The notes below the pieces were generated by a model that saw only the letters and a program-made list of their open reading frames with translations, was not told the origin of the DNA and searched no databases. A stretch of 64,000 nt of DNA from Mobula hypostoma (taxonomy: Eukaryota): positions 30,690,001 through 30,754,000 of the forward strand of contig NC_086119.1 of NCBI RefSeq assembly GCF_963921235.1, read 5' to 3'. This document shows, one piece after another, positions 51,930-64,000 of the stretch; the stretch's first letter is position 1; every line of letters begins with the position of its first letter. A program made the translations under genes and the position numbers.

Positions 51930-53020
51930 GTGGTTCTGGTGATAAGATTCGTTAATATTCCATGAGGAATATAAAGGAAGCAGTAATTTTTTTAATTGGG
52001 AGGGGTAGAGGTGGCCATGGAAAGTCCTTGGCAAACAGGTTTAAGGAGAATCCCAAAGCATTTACTATGCTTATTAAGAGCAAGGGGTAAAAAGGCAGCC
52101 CTCTCAAGAACAAAAGAGGGAATTTATGTGTGGGTGCTGATTAAGTGGATGAGTTCTTAAATAAGTGGAATCAGCTTTCAATAAGGAGAAGGATATGGAT
52201 GATGGTGAGATCAGGGAATCATATGTTGATATTTTAAGGCTTGTTGAGATACAAAAGAGGATATTAGATATTAGTTGGGTGTCTTTGAAAATGTTAAGGT
52301 GGATAAATTCCCAGGGCAGTGAACTATCCCAGAATACCAAGAAAGGAGAATGCTTGGGCCTCGACAAAATGTTGTTATCTTCAGCTGCAGACAAGGTCCC
52401 AAAAAATGAGAGAATAGCCAGTAATGTTCTTTTGCACAAGAGAGGTAATGGAAAATTCAGAAAATCATAGGGCAGTAGCCTTGGATCAGTGGTAAGGAAA
52501 TTATTGGAGAAGATTCTTTGGGATAGAATTCACTTGCATTTAGAAAAGCATGGGCTTATTAGGAATTGTCCGCAGGGCTTTTTGCGAGGGAGGTCATGCT
52601 CACAAATTTTATTGAGGACATGATGAAGGTGATTGAAGGTAGGGTGGTGGATGTTATCTACATGGACTTTAGGAAAGCTTTTCACAAGGTCCCTTACGAT
52701 AGGTTGGTCAAGAAGTTTGAGTCACAGGGTAAGTTGTGCATAAAACTGGGTTGGTTATAGAAGATAGAGGATTGTTATGGAGAAGATTTTTTTCTCTGAC
52801 TGGAACTCTGAGACCAGCAGTGTTCCACAAGGATTAGTAATGAGACTACTGTAATAACTAAATGATTTGGACAAAATTTTAGGTAAGGTTGCAGATGACA
52901 TTGCTGGAGATGAGGATCATGAGGAAGATTGTTGAAGGATCATTTAGGAATTTGGGTGGAGAAATGGTAGATGGATGAATGTGAAGTAATGCATTTTGGG
53001 AGGTCAAATGCAAGAGAAGT
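51930..53020 (+). mobile_element. Old CR1 LINE fragment
   Basis: VDVIYMDFRKAFHKVPYDRLVKK RT motif. Confidence 0.75.
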
Positions 53021-53039
53021 GTAAATAAAACACTGTTTA

Positions 53040-53245
53040 TTATTTATTTATTGTGATACTGTGTGGAGCAGGTGATTCCAGCCCTTTGAGCAACACTGCC
53101 CAATTTAATCCTAACCACGGGACAATTAAGCAACCAGTCAGTACGTCTTTGGACTGTGGGAGGAAACCAGAGCACCTGGAGGAAGCCCTCACGTACATGG
53201 GAAAAATGCATAAACTCCTTACAGGCAGTGGCAGGAATTGAACTC
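53040..53245 (-). mobile_element. V-SINE copy
   Basis: TGGGAGGAAACCAGAGCACCTGGAGGAA (reverse complement of the V-domain). Confidence 0.65.
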
Positions 53246-53561
53246 GTCAATTTGTCAATTTTCTGAATTATGGATGTTTTATAAAAGCAGAACTGTTTGC
53301 CACCCAGGGATGTCATATACTCCTTTTATAATGGAACTCTTACCAGTTTATTCCAATAATAACAAAGCAGGTGATTTCAAGCTGAGGCTACATATTCTAT
53401 GCGCTTAAGTGTGCAACATATTTGAGGATGACCTACCAAGTGCAGAGCTTCCATAATGTAACAAACTGGTCCCTCAAGTGAAATACTATCTGGCAAGAAA
53501 AATTAAACAAGAGCTGCTTTTCTTGAAGTATGTGGTGAAGGTCTTGTCATTCTGTTTTCAG

Positions 53562-53712
53562 GCTAATGGCTTCAGAGATTCCCAAAAGACTCTAGATTAC
53601 ACTACATTGACTCATGCAGCCAAAGAGGAGATAAAAGCTTTTCTCATTAATGAAGATGAGTTGCACCAGATTGATGATCTGACTAAAGTCAACCCAGTAA
53701 CAACTGTCACAG
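53562..53712 (+). CDS. MYO19: Myosin XIX coding exon 2 (ANGFRDSQK...QIDDLTKVNPVTTVT)
   Basis: Matches human LDDLTRVNPVT; acceptor tgttttcAG, donor G|GTATCT; phase 0/1. Confidence 0.9.
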
Positions 53713-54776
53713 GTATCTAATCAATTGGTGTTTTGTTTCTTCTGAAGTACTTTGTAAGCTGATTGACGTTTAGCATAACATTTGCTGAACAGAAGGCAGT
53801 ATTGGAAGAGGAGGGCATATACACCTGAGTGAAGTACAACAGTAAATATGAAATAAGCCACTTAGAATGCCATGATAGACACCTTCTGAAAAATGAGCAT
53901 AAGTAAAGGTTGATCCCTTTAACATTGTTTTTGGGATATGTTGGTTTGACAAGTTTATAGCGATGTTCTCCTGTGTGTCTTATCCAACTTCTGAGGTCTG
54001 GAACTTGCGACAAATGGTTCAAAAGCTGATTTTTAAAAAAAACTTCAAAATGCCCATCAAGCCATGACATGTCAGTGGAGAAAGTTAATATTTCAGGCCA
54101 TTCATCAGGTGTTGGAAAAGTTTAAAAATCGAACAGTTTAAGTGACAGAAAAGAGTGAGTGGCTGGGAAGGTAGAGGCAATAAAAAATAGTAATTATATG
54201 ATGGAGACCATGAATGACAGAAAAAATATTGCTGCTGGCTGAGGGACGATGCTAAAGGGTTGTTAACTACAACTGACCCATAAGGAGGGGTGTAAAGAAA
54301 AAATCACAACAAAGGACGGGGAAAAAATATGAAATCTTTTCACATTTAACAGATAGTAGTTGCTTGAACTCTAATGCATAATGCAGAAAATGGCACCTAT
54401 TTTCAATTCCAGACACGTTGTAATCGGTAAATTTTCATCATTTTTCTCTTAATGGCTCCACTTTATACTATTTATTTACCGTTTGTCTCCATTCTGCCAT
54501 AGACATTGTTCTCTCCACCGCTCCCCTTTCTTTGCAGATTAAAGTGTGTTTTATTTCTAACTTTTTTCCCTAGTTCTAATGAAAAGTTATCAAAATGAAA
54601 TGTTAACCTTTGTTTCTCCATTTATAGGTGTTGCCTGTCATTGCCAAATGTTTCTAATTTTTGTTTTTATTTCAGACTTCCAATAACTATAGTTCTTGCC
54701 TTTTATAATGGAACTGCAGTGTAAACAAGACCTTGTATTTAAAAAGAAAATAGTTATTTTTGTAGATACTTGGTTG

Positions 54777-54862
54777 TTATGCACAGTGACTTGATAATCT
54801 AAATGGTTTGGATTACTTAGTTGAAATCTGAACCATTCAGATTAACAAGTCACTGTGCATAA
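54777..54862 (+). repeat. 38-bp-arm inverted repeat (hairpin) in MYO19 intron 2
   Basis: Arms 54777-54814 and 54825-54862 with a 10-nt loop. Confidence 0.9.
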
Positions 54863-54940
54863 TGCATTAGATTACAGTATTTTTTTAATAAGCAATTTGT
54901 ATGAATTGAACTGTGAATATTTTTTTTTAATGTCTCTTAG

Positions 54941-55089
54941 TTTTAAAATGTCTCCAGGCAAGATATGCAGCTGGTGTTTTTTACACTAATGCGGGTTGTA
55001 CATTAGTGGGTCTAAATCCATTCCAGTCTGTGCCAAACTTGTATTCCTCTGAGGTCATGAAAGAATACCACAATGTGACTCGACCACAG
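54941..55089 (+). CDS. MYO19: Myosin XIX coding exon 3 (LKCLQARY...FYTNAGCTLVGLNPFQ...RPQ)
   Basis: Matches human CLQARY..FYTNAGCTLVALNPF; AG/GT bounded; phase 1/0. Confidence 0.95.
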
Positions 55090-55483
55090 GTAACTCAAGT
55101 ACACTTCTGTGCTTTATTTGACTGCAATAAGCAAATAACATTATTCATCTTTGATTACAAATTCTATACATATATAAACAGAACATTAATATTTAATTTG
55201 TGTCCAGTTTATTCTGGTCATTTATTTGCGATCAGACCGTATTTAGATTAATACCCAAAGCTGAGTGAAAACTTCTGATTTGTGGACAATGCATATTAAG
55301 AATACAGAAGCTGCAGCTTATTGATTTGTGTAGTAAGAATGGTTAGAATCCAGGATATAGTCATCAGCAGCAGTTGCAGGTTCATATTAATACTAGTACC
55401 TTATTAAAATAATTTGAGAGGGTAGTTTTTACTGCTTTGTACAAAAACAAACTTTCAAAAAGTTAACTCTCTGTATTCTTTAG

Positions 55484-55597
55484 GAATTGAAACCTCACAT
55501 CTTTGTGGTGGCTGAACAAGCCTTCAGGAATGTACAGAGTCACATTGAACCAATTAACCAATCACTAATAGTCAGTGGAGAGAGTGGTGCTGGAAAG
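55484..55597 (+). CDS. MYO19: Myosin XIX coding exon 4 with P-loop (ELKPHIF...[14 protein letters not shown])
   Basis: Myosin P-loop GESGAGK; acceptor ttctttAG, donor AAG|GTAAGA; 38 codons. Confidence 0.96.
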
Positions 55598-56041
55598 GTA
55601 AGACATTAGCATGAGTAAGGTGGTTGGCTCCACCAAGAAACAATTCCTATAACTTAGCGAATTAACCAGCGTGGGTATGATTTTTGGAAAATGGATGTCA
55701 ATGATTATAGTTAACTGATGGGTGCTGTAGGATTTCACTAAACTAGCTACATGGTATAGATAGTGAGGCACAATTATGACATTATATTATCTAATTTTAT
55801 TTTATTTTGTAGTGGATTGACACATTTGTTTTCCTACCTCTCATCTGCTCCCAGTATGCTGACCAATGCTAAAGTGCTCCAGCATTCATCATATTTTCTT
55901 TGTTTAAAATTACACATCAGAAAGATGACCAAGGCACATGTCAGCAGAAGTACTAGTTCATAATAGCAATGTTTTCAAGATCCATAATAGAAAGCTTCTC
56001 AGAGCTTTGTCAAGCTAATTAATAAGATTTCCCTTTTGCAG

Positions 56042-56174
56042 ACCTGGACGTCGCGTTGCCTTATGAATTACTTTGCCACAGTTGCTGCCTCAAACACTTC
56101 TATAAAGTGCCAAGAAAATGTGGAACGAATAGAAAAGAGAGTATTGGACTCCAATCCAGTGATGGAGGCATTTG
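56042..56174 (+). CDS. MYO19: Myosin XIX coding exon 5 (TWTSRCLMNYF...SNPVMEAF)
   Basis: TWTSRCLM is characteristic of MYO19; SNPVMEAFG myosin motif; phase 0/1. Confidence 0.96.
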
Positions 56175-56706
56175 GTAGTAAAACTTGTTGCTTATGTCAG
56201 ATTGAATGTTTAAAAAATTGGCGCAGATGAAATATTATTTACTCTAGCATATGGGATCAAAGTCTAATTGTTTACAGGGCTGAATAGATTCTCAGATGTT
56301 GCAGAGTACGTATGTGCTAAGAATCATATAGAGCTGTATGAAATGATAGTGTTTGAAGGCTATCAGTCTTTGGTGTAAGAATGTCTACTGATTGTTGCTC
56401 CTTATTCTCCGTAAAGTTGTGAATATTGTTTCTGTGTTGTGAGTGGTGTATTAGTGTATCTATTTCAGTATTTTAAAAAAGTACAAAAGAGCTAATGTGT
56501 CTTCTGAAACTATATAAATAGCAAACAGTAAACTAAACATTCAAGTACATCATTCTGAATGTGGTGAGCATCATCTCAGACAATCTGAGAACAAGAAAGT
56601 AATTCCCTGTTTTGAGATATTGGAAAAAGTAGTTGACTAATTTTATATTGAGTGTGTGCACCACCTAGTGGACTACTGAAGGATGTCACTTGCTTAAATA
56701 TTGGAG

Positions 56707-57327
56707 TAGTCGATCCGGTGTGGCCTCCTCTACGTTGGTGAAACCCGATACAGATTGGGGGACCGCTTCGTCGAGCACCTCCGCTCCGTCCGCCACAACA
56801 GACGGGATATCCCGGTTGCCACCCACTTCAGCTCTGCTTCACATTCCCATTCGGATATGTCCATACATGGCCTCCTCTACTGCCATAATGAAGCTAAACT
56901 CAGGTTGGAGGAGCAACACCTCATATACTGTCTAGGTAGTCTCCAGCCCCTTGGTATGAACATAGAATTCTCCAACTTCTGGTAATTCCCTCCCCCTCCC
57001 TTCCTCTATCCCTATTTCACTCTACCCCCTCCCCCAGCTGCCTATCACTTCCCTCATGGTTCCGCCTCCTTCTACTACCCATTGTGTTTTCCCCTATTCC
57101 TTCTTCACCTTTCCTGCCTATCCCCTCCCTGCTTCCCCTCCCCCACCCCTCTATCTTTCCCCTTACTGGTTTTTCACCTGGAACCTACCAGCCTTCTCCT
57201 CACCCCACCTTCTTTATAGAGCCTCTGCCCCTTCCTTCTTCAGTCCTGACAAAGGGTTCCGGCCCGAAACGTCGACTGATCATTTCCCCGGATGCTGCCC
57301 GACCTGCTGAGTTCGTCCAGCGTGTTG
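56707..57327 (+). mobile_element. Penelope-like element (family B) 3' fragment with 12-bp TSD
   Basis: LYVGETRYRLGDRFVEH...LRLEEQHL...GMNIEF; TAAATATTGGAG at 56695-56706 and 57328-57339. Confidence 0.9.
57242..57277 (+). ncRNA. Degenerate minimal hammerhead ribozyme (G8>A)
   Basis: AGTC CTGACAA AGGGTTCCGGCCC GAAAC GTC GACT. Confidence 0.68.
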
Positions 57328-57775
57328 TAAATATTGGAGAAGGCAGCTACTCATTTTCTGGTCAGATAATGTGTACTACAATAAGATTGCTGGTTAGTTT
57401 TGAAAGATGTGGCAAAAGGAATACAAAAAAATTCGCAAAAAGAAAACGGGCTTGGAAATGAAAATATCAGGATATTCACAAAATAAAGAAAAATAATTTG
57501 AAATGAAAATCTTGGCAAACTGTTTCATGCTGGCTATTATGCTATGCATGGATATTTAATTCTTTTTTTCGAATTAAAAAAAATCATATATGGGATGTGT
57601 TTAATGCTGAACTTATTTGTAGCATGGAATATTTTAAATGTTTTCCAGTCAATTTTATTTTGTTTAATAAAATGTTATGAAATTAGGCAGCTTTTGGAAA
57701 CTGAAATGAGATTTGCCAAGGCAACCATAAAAATGATGCAGTGACTGGTTACTAATCTCACTTACTGTTTCACAG

Positions 57776-57845
57776 GAAATGCATCCACGCTAAGGAATCA
57801 CAACAGTAGCCGATTTGGAAAGTACATCCAACTCCATTTAGACAG
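57776..57845 (+). CDS. MYO19: Myosin XIX coding exon 6 with switch I (GNASTLRNHNSSRFGKYIQLHLD)
   Basis: Switch I NSSRFGK; branch-point-like ACTAAT upstream; phase 1/2. Confidence 0.96.
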
Positions 57846-58204
57846 GTAATTTTTGGAACACTGAATGTGTTTATTCAACATCCTGTAATTTTTTTTCACA
57901 GTTAGTACTTGTGCAGGAGCATTCAAAAAGAATTGTTGAATTCAGTAAACTTATCTGTAAGTGATATTATAATACCCCTTATAATCTTGGACAGTAAATA
58001 TCACCCAGTTTTCCTTCTGCCTTTTTAACAACAAATATTTCTGAATGTTGTGGGGATAGGGAGAAGAGTACTGGGAGAGAAATGACTGTTAAATGTTTTT
58101 CTTGAAGTTTTTATGTAAATTGCTTAGGGAAATCTGTAATTAAGTAACAGAGAAACATCTTCTTTTCCAGTCCTTTTTTTGCAGCATTTTGCTTTATTTT
58201 CCAG

Positions 58205-58307
58205 ATCTCAGCAGTTGCAGGGAGCTTCTGTGCAAACTTACCTATTGGAGAAAACACGAGTTGCCTACCAAGCTCCTCATGAAAGAAATTTTCACATTTT
58301 TTATCAG
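58205..58307 (+). CDS. MYO19: Myosin XIX coding exon 7 (SQQLQGASVQTYLLEKTRV...ERNFHIFYQ)
   Basis: Conserved YLLEKTRV and ERNFHIFYQ; phase 2/0. Confidence 0.96.
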
Positions 58308-58557
58308 GTAGGATTTTGGTGTATTGCATGCGATGTGGCTTCTTCTAATATGTTAGAATTCAAACTGGAAGCAAACAGTAATAATCGATTCATGGGACAA
58401 GTTTCATAAATCATTAAATTCTGCTGCAGCTCATATTATAAAAGGAAAATAGCATCAATTTTTCAGTGATACATTTATGTAGCCGAAACAAAGTGATGGA
58501 AGCACTTGGTAGATAAGGTGGCTTCTGTTGAGCAAGCAGGCGCAGATTTATTATTTC

Positions 58558-60527
58558 TTTTTTTTTAAATTTTATTTTTATTTGGATAAGGAGTTCACAA
58601 TTATCATGTACTTTTTTCACACATATAACCTTTTCCATTTTTTTATATGTATAAAACTACAATTATTTATACATTCTTAAGTACACATTGAGATGATATA
58701 AAAGCAAAATAAACATTTAAATAGATAATTATGTACTGTGGTAAATCTAACCTATTAGGCTAAGTAATGAAATTAGTTGTTAAGAAAAATGGTAAGAATA
58801 GTTTCCATACAACCCTTCTGGACCATTTCCACTGGTCCAAAATGTTGATACAAGCCTATATACCAACCATTGTAGGTGTTTATATCCCAATTTGTTCGTG
58901 CTTGTTCCTGCCTGCAGACATAATTATCCAATCCCTATGTACTTATTTACTTAATTTTTTCATTTTTTTTTTATCCCTTTCCCAAATCTTTCCCTTTACT
59001 TGTGTTAATTCTCTATTTTCCAAAAAAAACAACAAACATTTAGACTAGGGGTGCTTACGTTAGCAATATTACTGTGTTGATGAGAAGAGCAATATAAATC
59101 ATTAGGAGAGTCATCTAAAGTCTGCTCGCATTGGGGTTATATATTCAATCCATTTATTCCAGATTTGATAAAATGTTTCTTTTTGAGTTCTCAGGGAGTA
59201 AGTCAACTTTTCCATTTAAAATATTTCCAAGATAATTTCGTACCAATCTTCTAATGTAGGTGGTATTGGATTTAGCCATTTTCTAGTGATTGATTTCTTA
59301 CTTGCCGCTAAGAGGGCCTGCAGCAACTTTATATCTTCCTTCTGTTCAAGGAACAATACATGCCCCAAATAGAGCGTCTCAAAGTTCAGAGGTATCTGGG
59401 ACCTAAGTACCTTAACTAATGTTCTATGAATACCTTCCCAAAATAGACTTAATTTAGGGCAATCCCAGAAAATATGAAAATGATTTGCCTCCTTGGAGCC
59501 GCACCTTCTCCAACACATCACATTTGTATCTTTATATTTTTCCTGATATGGGATCTTGAAGTATCTTATAATGTTTTTCCAACAATGTTCTCTCCAAGTC
59601 AAAGAATTAGTCGAGGACCATTGAAAGCTGCAGATTTTCCCCCAAGCCTCCTCTGAAAGTACCAACCCCGCTTCTTTCTCCCACTTCTCTTTAATATACA
59701 GTGTATTTACATTTTTAGCATGGGAGAGTGCATTATATAGGCGAGAAACTGATTTACTAGGTATTGAACTGCAAGCCGAATTCAGAATCTTGAAAAATTC
59801 TAATTCTACTGTTGATAGGTCTGTATATCTACAACTCTGGTTAACATAGTTTCGTATTTGAAGGTACCTAAAAAAGTCATTATGTTCTAGGCCATGTTTG
59901 TCCTGCAGGATTTGGAAACTTTGTAATACTCTTTTATCTATAAATGAGAGGTAGGTTGTAAGACCTTTCTTTATCCATAGCTCAAATCTTTTATCTCCTC
60001 TGTTGGGAAGGAATTTGGTATCATATGCACACCATCTAAAGAGTTTTAGCATGTTATTAATTCCACATGAATTAACCACCTTCTGCCATACTTTTAGTGT
60101 AAGATTTATCCAAGCATTATTAAATTTTTCCAACTGGGCCATCAATCCTTTGTCAGCTATTGAGGCCTGAAGAGGAAAACTGTCAACTAATCCAAATTCT
60201 ATTTCCTTCCATCTAGCCTTATATTCCCTATTACACCAATTTAACAGAGGGGTTATCTGTGAGGCATAAAAATAATTTCTCAGGCAAGGAAGAACCATAC
60301 CTCCTCTTTCCTTCCCTAACTGTAAGGTGTTATATCGAATTCTAGGTTTCCTTCCTTGCCAAATGAAGCGGGAAATCCATTTGTCCCATTCCCTGAATTG
60401 ATTATCATCCACCTCCACTGGTAGAGTACGGAAAAGATATAATAACCGAGGAAGAATATTCATTTTTATAGTATTTATCCTTGAATTTAAACTTAAAAAG
60501 GGGATAAGATTCCATCTATGCATATCT
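58558..60527 (-). mobile_element. Young 5'-truncated L1-clade LINE with poly(A) tail and perfect 14-bp TSD
   Basis: AGATTTATTATTTC at 58544-58557 and 60528-60541; 435-aa ORF2 C-terminus with IKMNILPRLLYLF and CCHC knuckle CWRRC...HIFWDC. Confidence 0.93.
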
Positions 60528-60878
60528 AGATTTATTATTTCATTGTAGTTTAGACTCTGAATATAAAAATAATCACTTGTTTGCTCTTTTCTCGTATGTT
60601 GACTATTTATGTAGTTTTTTTTTGCTTCAGATTAGCAATATTTCTTTTTAAATAAATACTTCCTAGTTTACATTGGAGGTGTAAAGTCCAAAACTGATGT
60701 ATATGTTTCTGACAGTGAAAGGTTAGAAAGATACCGACATAAGTCAGAAACAATAATAGAGGTAGCAAGATAATGGAGATTTTTTTTGCTGCCCTGCGTA
60801 ACATGCCTGTGTTCTGCTAAAGCTACTGATTCAACAATGATCTGAAAACCAAAATTTATTTATGAAATGTTTCCTCAG

Positions 60879-60975
60879 ATAGTGAAAGGAGCCACTGAGA
60901 AACAGAAATCGGAATGGGGTCTTTCTGAAGCCACAGAGTTCTTCTGGTTACCAAATTCTGAGAAGGTTTTAGAAG
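60879..60975 (+). CDS. MYO19: Myosin XIX coding exon 8 (IVKGATEKQKSEW...WLPNSEKVLE)
   Basis: Aligns with human ICKGASEDERLQW...WLPNPERSLE; phase 0/1. Confidence 0.9.
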
Positions 60976-61928
60976 GTTAGAAGTTTGAAAGCTAAGTTCA
61001 ACAATGCTTCTTAAACTCTAGCATACAAATGTAGATACTAATCCTTAAGTACACAAACTTACAGTATTTCGTTAACAATTCCTCTATAATGTTACACTTA
61101 TCAGATGTTGCATTTTGTGTATTGAACTGTAGAATATAAATATTTAATCTAGCCTCGACTAGCCTATCAAATACTAGAGCTGAATTCCTGTACTTGAACG
61201 TGGACTGAGATCATTTTAATTTTCTGAAAGGCAGTTGACACTTTCAAAAATGTACAAGTTTGTATAACCACATTAATGCAGAGCACTAAAAAGTTTTTAA
61301 TTTTTTTAAGCCATTCTTTTCAAGTCCTATATTTGACCTCTTGTCAAGATGCAGGAGGCCTTTGGCTAAGGGGTTAACGTGCTTATGTTTATTCTTTGTA
61401 CTTAAATGTATTGAGTGAAGATATTTGCAGTTGTGATTTCTAACTACAATCAAATGGGAGTCCTGAATTGATTATTTTTTTCCTCCATTGCACAAGTTGG
61501 TGCATTGAGTCTGGTTGTACTTGCAATGCCGCCCCAACTTATTGCAGCTGACTTAGCACAGAGAAGGAATTCAGTCTGGAACCTTTGGAGTTTTGGCTTC
61601 TGGGCTGAGTAAATTGGTGGAACTCTGCTTTTACTGTGGAATCCCCTCGCTTCTATGTTTAAAATTCTATTTATTAAACAACTATTGCTTCACTTCAGGC
61701 ATCTTTTTGAAGGCTGATGTTTTCCTTTGTATATCATAACTTTTTAATTGTCGATCTTGCACATGGATTAACTCTTTCAAGTAATTTTTGGAGCATAGTT
61801 CTAAGTAATATTTAGTCAGTTTAATTACAAAATGCTGTACTGAGGGGTCAGAAATGAGTATGAGAAATGGAAATAATTTAGATATCCATGAAAATGTCAA
61901 AAAATTGCTGCAATTCCTTGTCCTGCAG

Positions 61929-62005
61929 AGAAACAGTTTGATGAAACCAAAAATGCAATGCTGCATTTGGGTATTGATCACGACACACAACTTAATGTTT
62001 TCAGG
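61929..62005 (+). CDS. MYO19: Myosin XIX coding exon 9 (KQFDETKNAMLHLGIDHDTQLNVFR)
   Basis: Matches human AMLHLGIDTPTQNNIFK; donor AGG|GTAAGT; phase 1/0. Confidence 0.93.
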
Positions 62006-62885
62006 GTAAGTGAACATTGTAATTAACTACTTTAACTTGAGTGAAATTTTATTTGTCAGATTATTAACATTTATCATTTAATTATTTATACAGTAGCATA
62101 TTTATTATAAGAAAACATGTTCATTTTGTAAATTTAGTGATGAAAATCATCAATGGCCAAATTAGATTTAAATTTTCTCTCCTGATGTGACAGCCTTTGA
62201 CGTTATAGCAAAATTTTTCAAGGTATTCTGGTAATTCAAGTTTTAAATGAGCAGTTCACTCCATCTTTATTAAAGATGATATACAGTTCCTTAACAGCTA
62301 ATAGAGTAAAACTGATAATCCACTTTCCAACTATGCACAAATCCATTTGGTTCAGCACATGGCTGACTTGAGGCTTCATGTATACTTCATGTATTTCCTT
62401 TAAATCACCGGTTCCAGTGCTCCACTGATGGTTATCGGATTCACTGGAAAATTAATTATTCTCTGTAACATTTTATTTAAACTAAACACGTGCTGATGTA
62501 TTAATAGGAATCACTTGTAATAGTGGAGAAATTCTAGTCTGGTGGAGCTAAACTCTTAAGAGACACAATTTAATCTCTTGTCTGAAGTCAGCATCTCTGA
62601 TGTGGTGCTCCTTCAGTGTCCTGTCAGATTTCCTTTTGGATTATTTTTGTGCATAAATGTACATGAATTCACTACCCTCAGATTTGAAATGTCAATTACT
62701 GCACATTACCTTTAACAATATCTAAAAATAGAGCAAGTAATTAAAACAGATTTTTTAAAGTACTGTCATAGGCACACATGCCAATTTTGATCAATTTGTT
62801 AGTGTTACTTGCCCAATTCTGTTTGGTTTTTTTTGGGTTTTTTTCCCAATACTTGTTTCTTAATACTTATTTTCTTTTCCAATAG

Positions 62886-62976
62886 ATTTTGGTTGGTCTT
62901 CTGCATCTTGGCAATGTGCAGTTCAGCTCTCCAGTGGATGACTCTTATCCTTGTGATCTCAAGGCAGAAGCTAAGA
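62886..62976 (+). CDS. MYO19: Myosin XIX coding exon 10 (ILVGLLHLGNVQFSSPVDDSYPC...)
   Basis: Myosin motif GLLHLGNVQF; phase 0/1. Confidence 0.94.
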
Positions 62977-63627
62977 GTAAGAAAAATCCAATCAATTATT
63001 GATTTTCTTAAAAAAAATCTTTCGAAATTCTGAGGCTTCAGGTTTAATATCTTTTGAGTAATTGCTGGGTCCTTTAATTATAAAACACAATTTGGTTCAA
63101 AAACTTGCATAAAATTTGGTTTGTTTTAACAAATATGCATGGACTCTCATTCAAGGACTCTACAACTCACATTCCCAGTATTATTTACTTTATTTGAACA
63201 ATTTGTCTTCTGCAGATTGGCGATCAGTCTTTGTATAGATTTTTATTATTTCTATTGTATTTTTTACCTGTAAATGTCTGCAAGAAATGAATCACAATGT
63301 ACTGCACATTGACATATTCGTACTTTGACAATAAATTGATTTTGAACTTTGAATTCTCCTACTAGCAGTGGGAATGATCCTTATATAATTGGCTGTATTA
63401 CAAACACAAGAAAGTCTGCGGGTGCTGGAAATCCAAAGCAGCATGCACAAAATACGGAGGAGCTCAGCATCTATGGAAAAGAATAAGCAATTGACATTTC
63501 AGGCCAAGACATCAACTGTCTCCATTGATGCTGCCTGTCCTGCTGAGTTCCTCCAGCATTTTGTGTGTGCTAATTTGCTATATTGCCATTTTTGTCTGTT
63601 ATTAATCAGAATGCATGATTTTTACAG

Positions 63628-63799
63628 GCTTTCTTTCAACCACTGCAAATCTGCTGAAAATTTCTGAGGAAGTCCTTTTGGAACAGATCAGAATTCGAAC
63701 TATAAAAGCAGGCAGGCAGCAACAAATCTTTAAAAAACCATGCTCAAAAATGGAATGTGAGACAAGAAAGGACTGTGTAGCCAAAGTTATTTATGCAAA
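63628..63799 (+). CDS. MYO19: Myosin XIX coding exon 11 (...QIRIRTIKAGRQQQIFKKPC...RKDCVAKVIYA); gene continues beyond the right edge
   Basis: Matches human IRTIRAGRQQQVFRKPC...RRDCLAKLIYA; phase 1/2. Confidence 0.95.
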
Positions 63800-64000
63800 G
63801 TAGGTGACATTATCTTTATTTGAAAATTTATATAGTTTGTTGGTATTAGATTATTTTATTTAAGTTTTACCAAATGGAAAAGATAACAAGTAGAACTTTA
63901 CTTGCAACATATTTTAAATTTACACTTGTTTTGCCTATGATTTCATGACGGGTGCCCTGGTGATTTAGTAAAGTAGTGGTCTCAATGTATTACTAATTCA

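Noticed and set aside
1-64000. CRISPR arrays, rRNA, or prokaryotic/viral gene clusters
   Set aside because: None seen; the recurring 36-nt motif is dispersed within retroelement termini rather than arrayed with spacers.

Overview
Vertebrate nuclear DNA, most likely a cartilaginous fish such as a ray (inferred from the repeat set: HE1-like V-SINEs, CR1, Rex1/Babar, Penelope-like elements). It covers the conserved GGNBP2-PIGW-MYO19 block. GGNBP2 is on the - strand, with two coding exons separated by a 22.3-kb intron; the gene continues off the left edge. PIGW is on the - strand with a complete single-exon CDS of 508 aa. MYO19 is on the + strand, head-to-head with PIGW, with 11 phase-consistent motor-domain exons; it continues off the right edge. 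Two CpG-island promoters lie at about 22.7-23.6 kb and 46.0-46.6 kb. The rest is largely nested transposon debris, much of it with target-site duplications (TSDs) readable by eye. The most notable non-genic signal is eight recognisable minimal type-I hammerhead ribozyme motifs in the termini of two Penelope-like (GIY-YIG) families. One copy (37696-37731) has a fully intact core. Two copies of short non-coding fold-back elements (about 420-460 bp, 13-bp TSDs) carry a hammerhead on each strand. Other candidates are a pre-miRNA-like hairpin in MYO19 intron 2, a possible spliced transcript diverging from the GGNBP2 promoter, and MYO19 uORFs. Gene identities come from recalled human protein sequences, not from a database search. 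Boundaries of repeats without TSDs are approximate.
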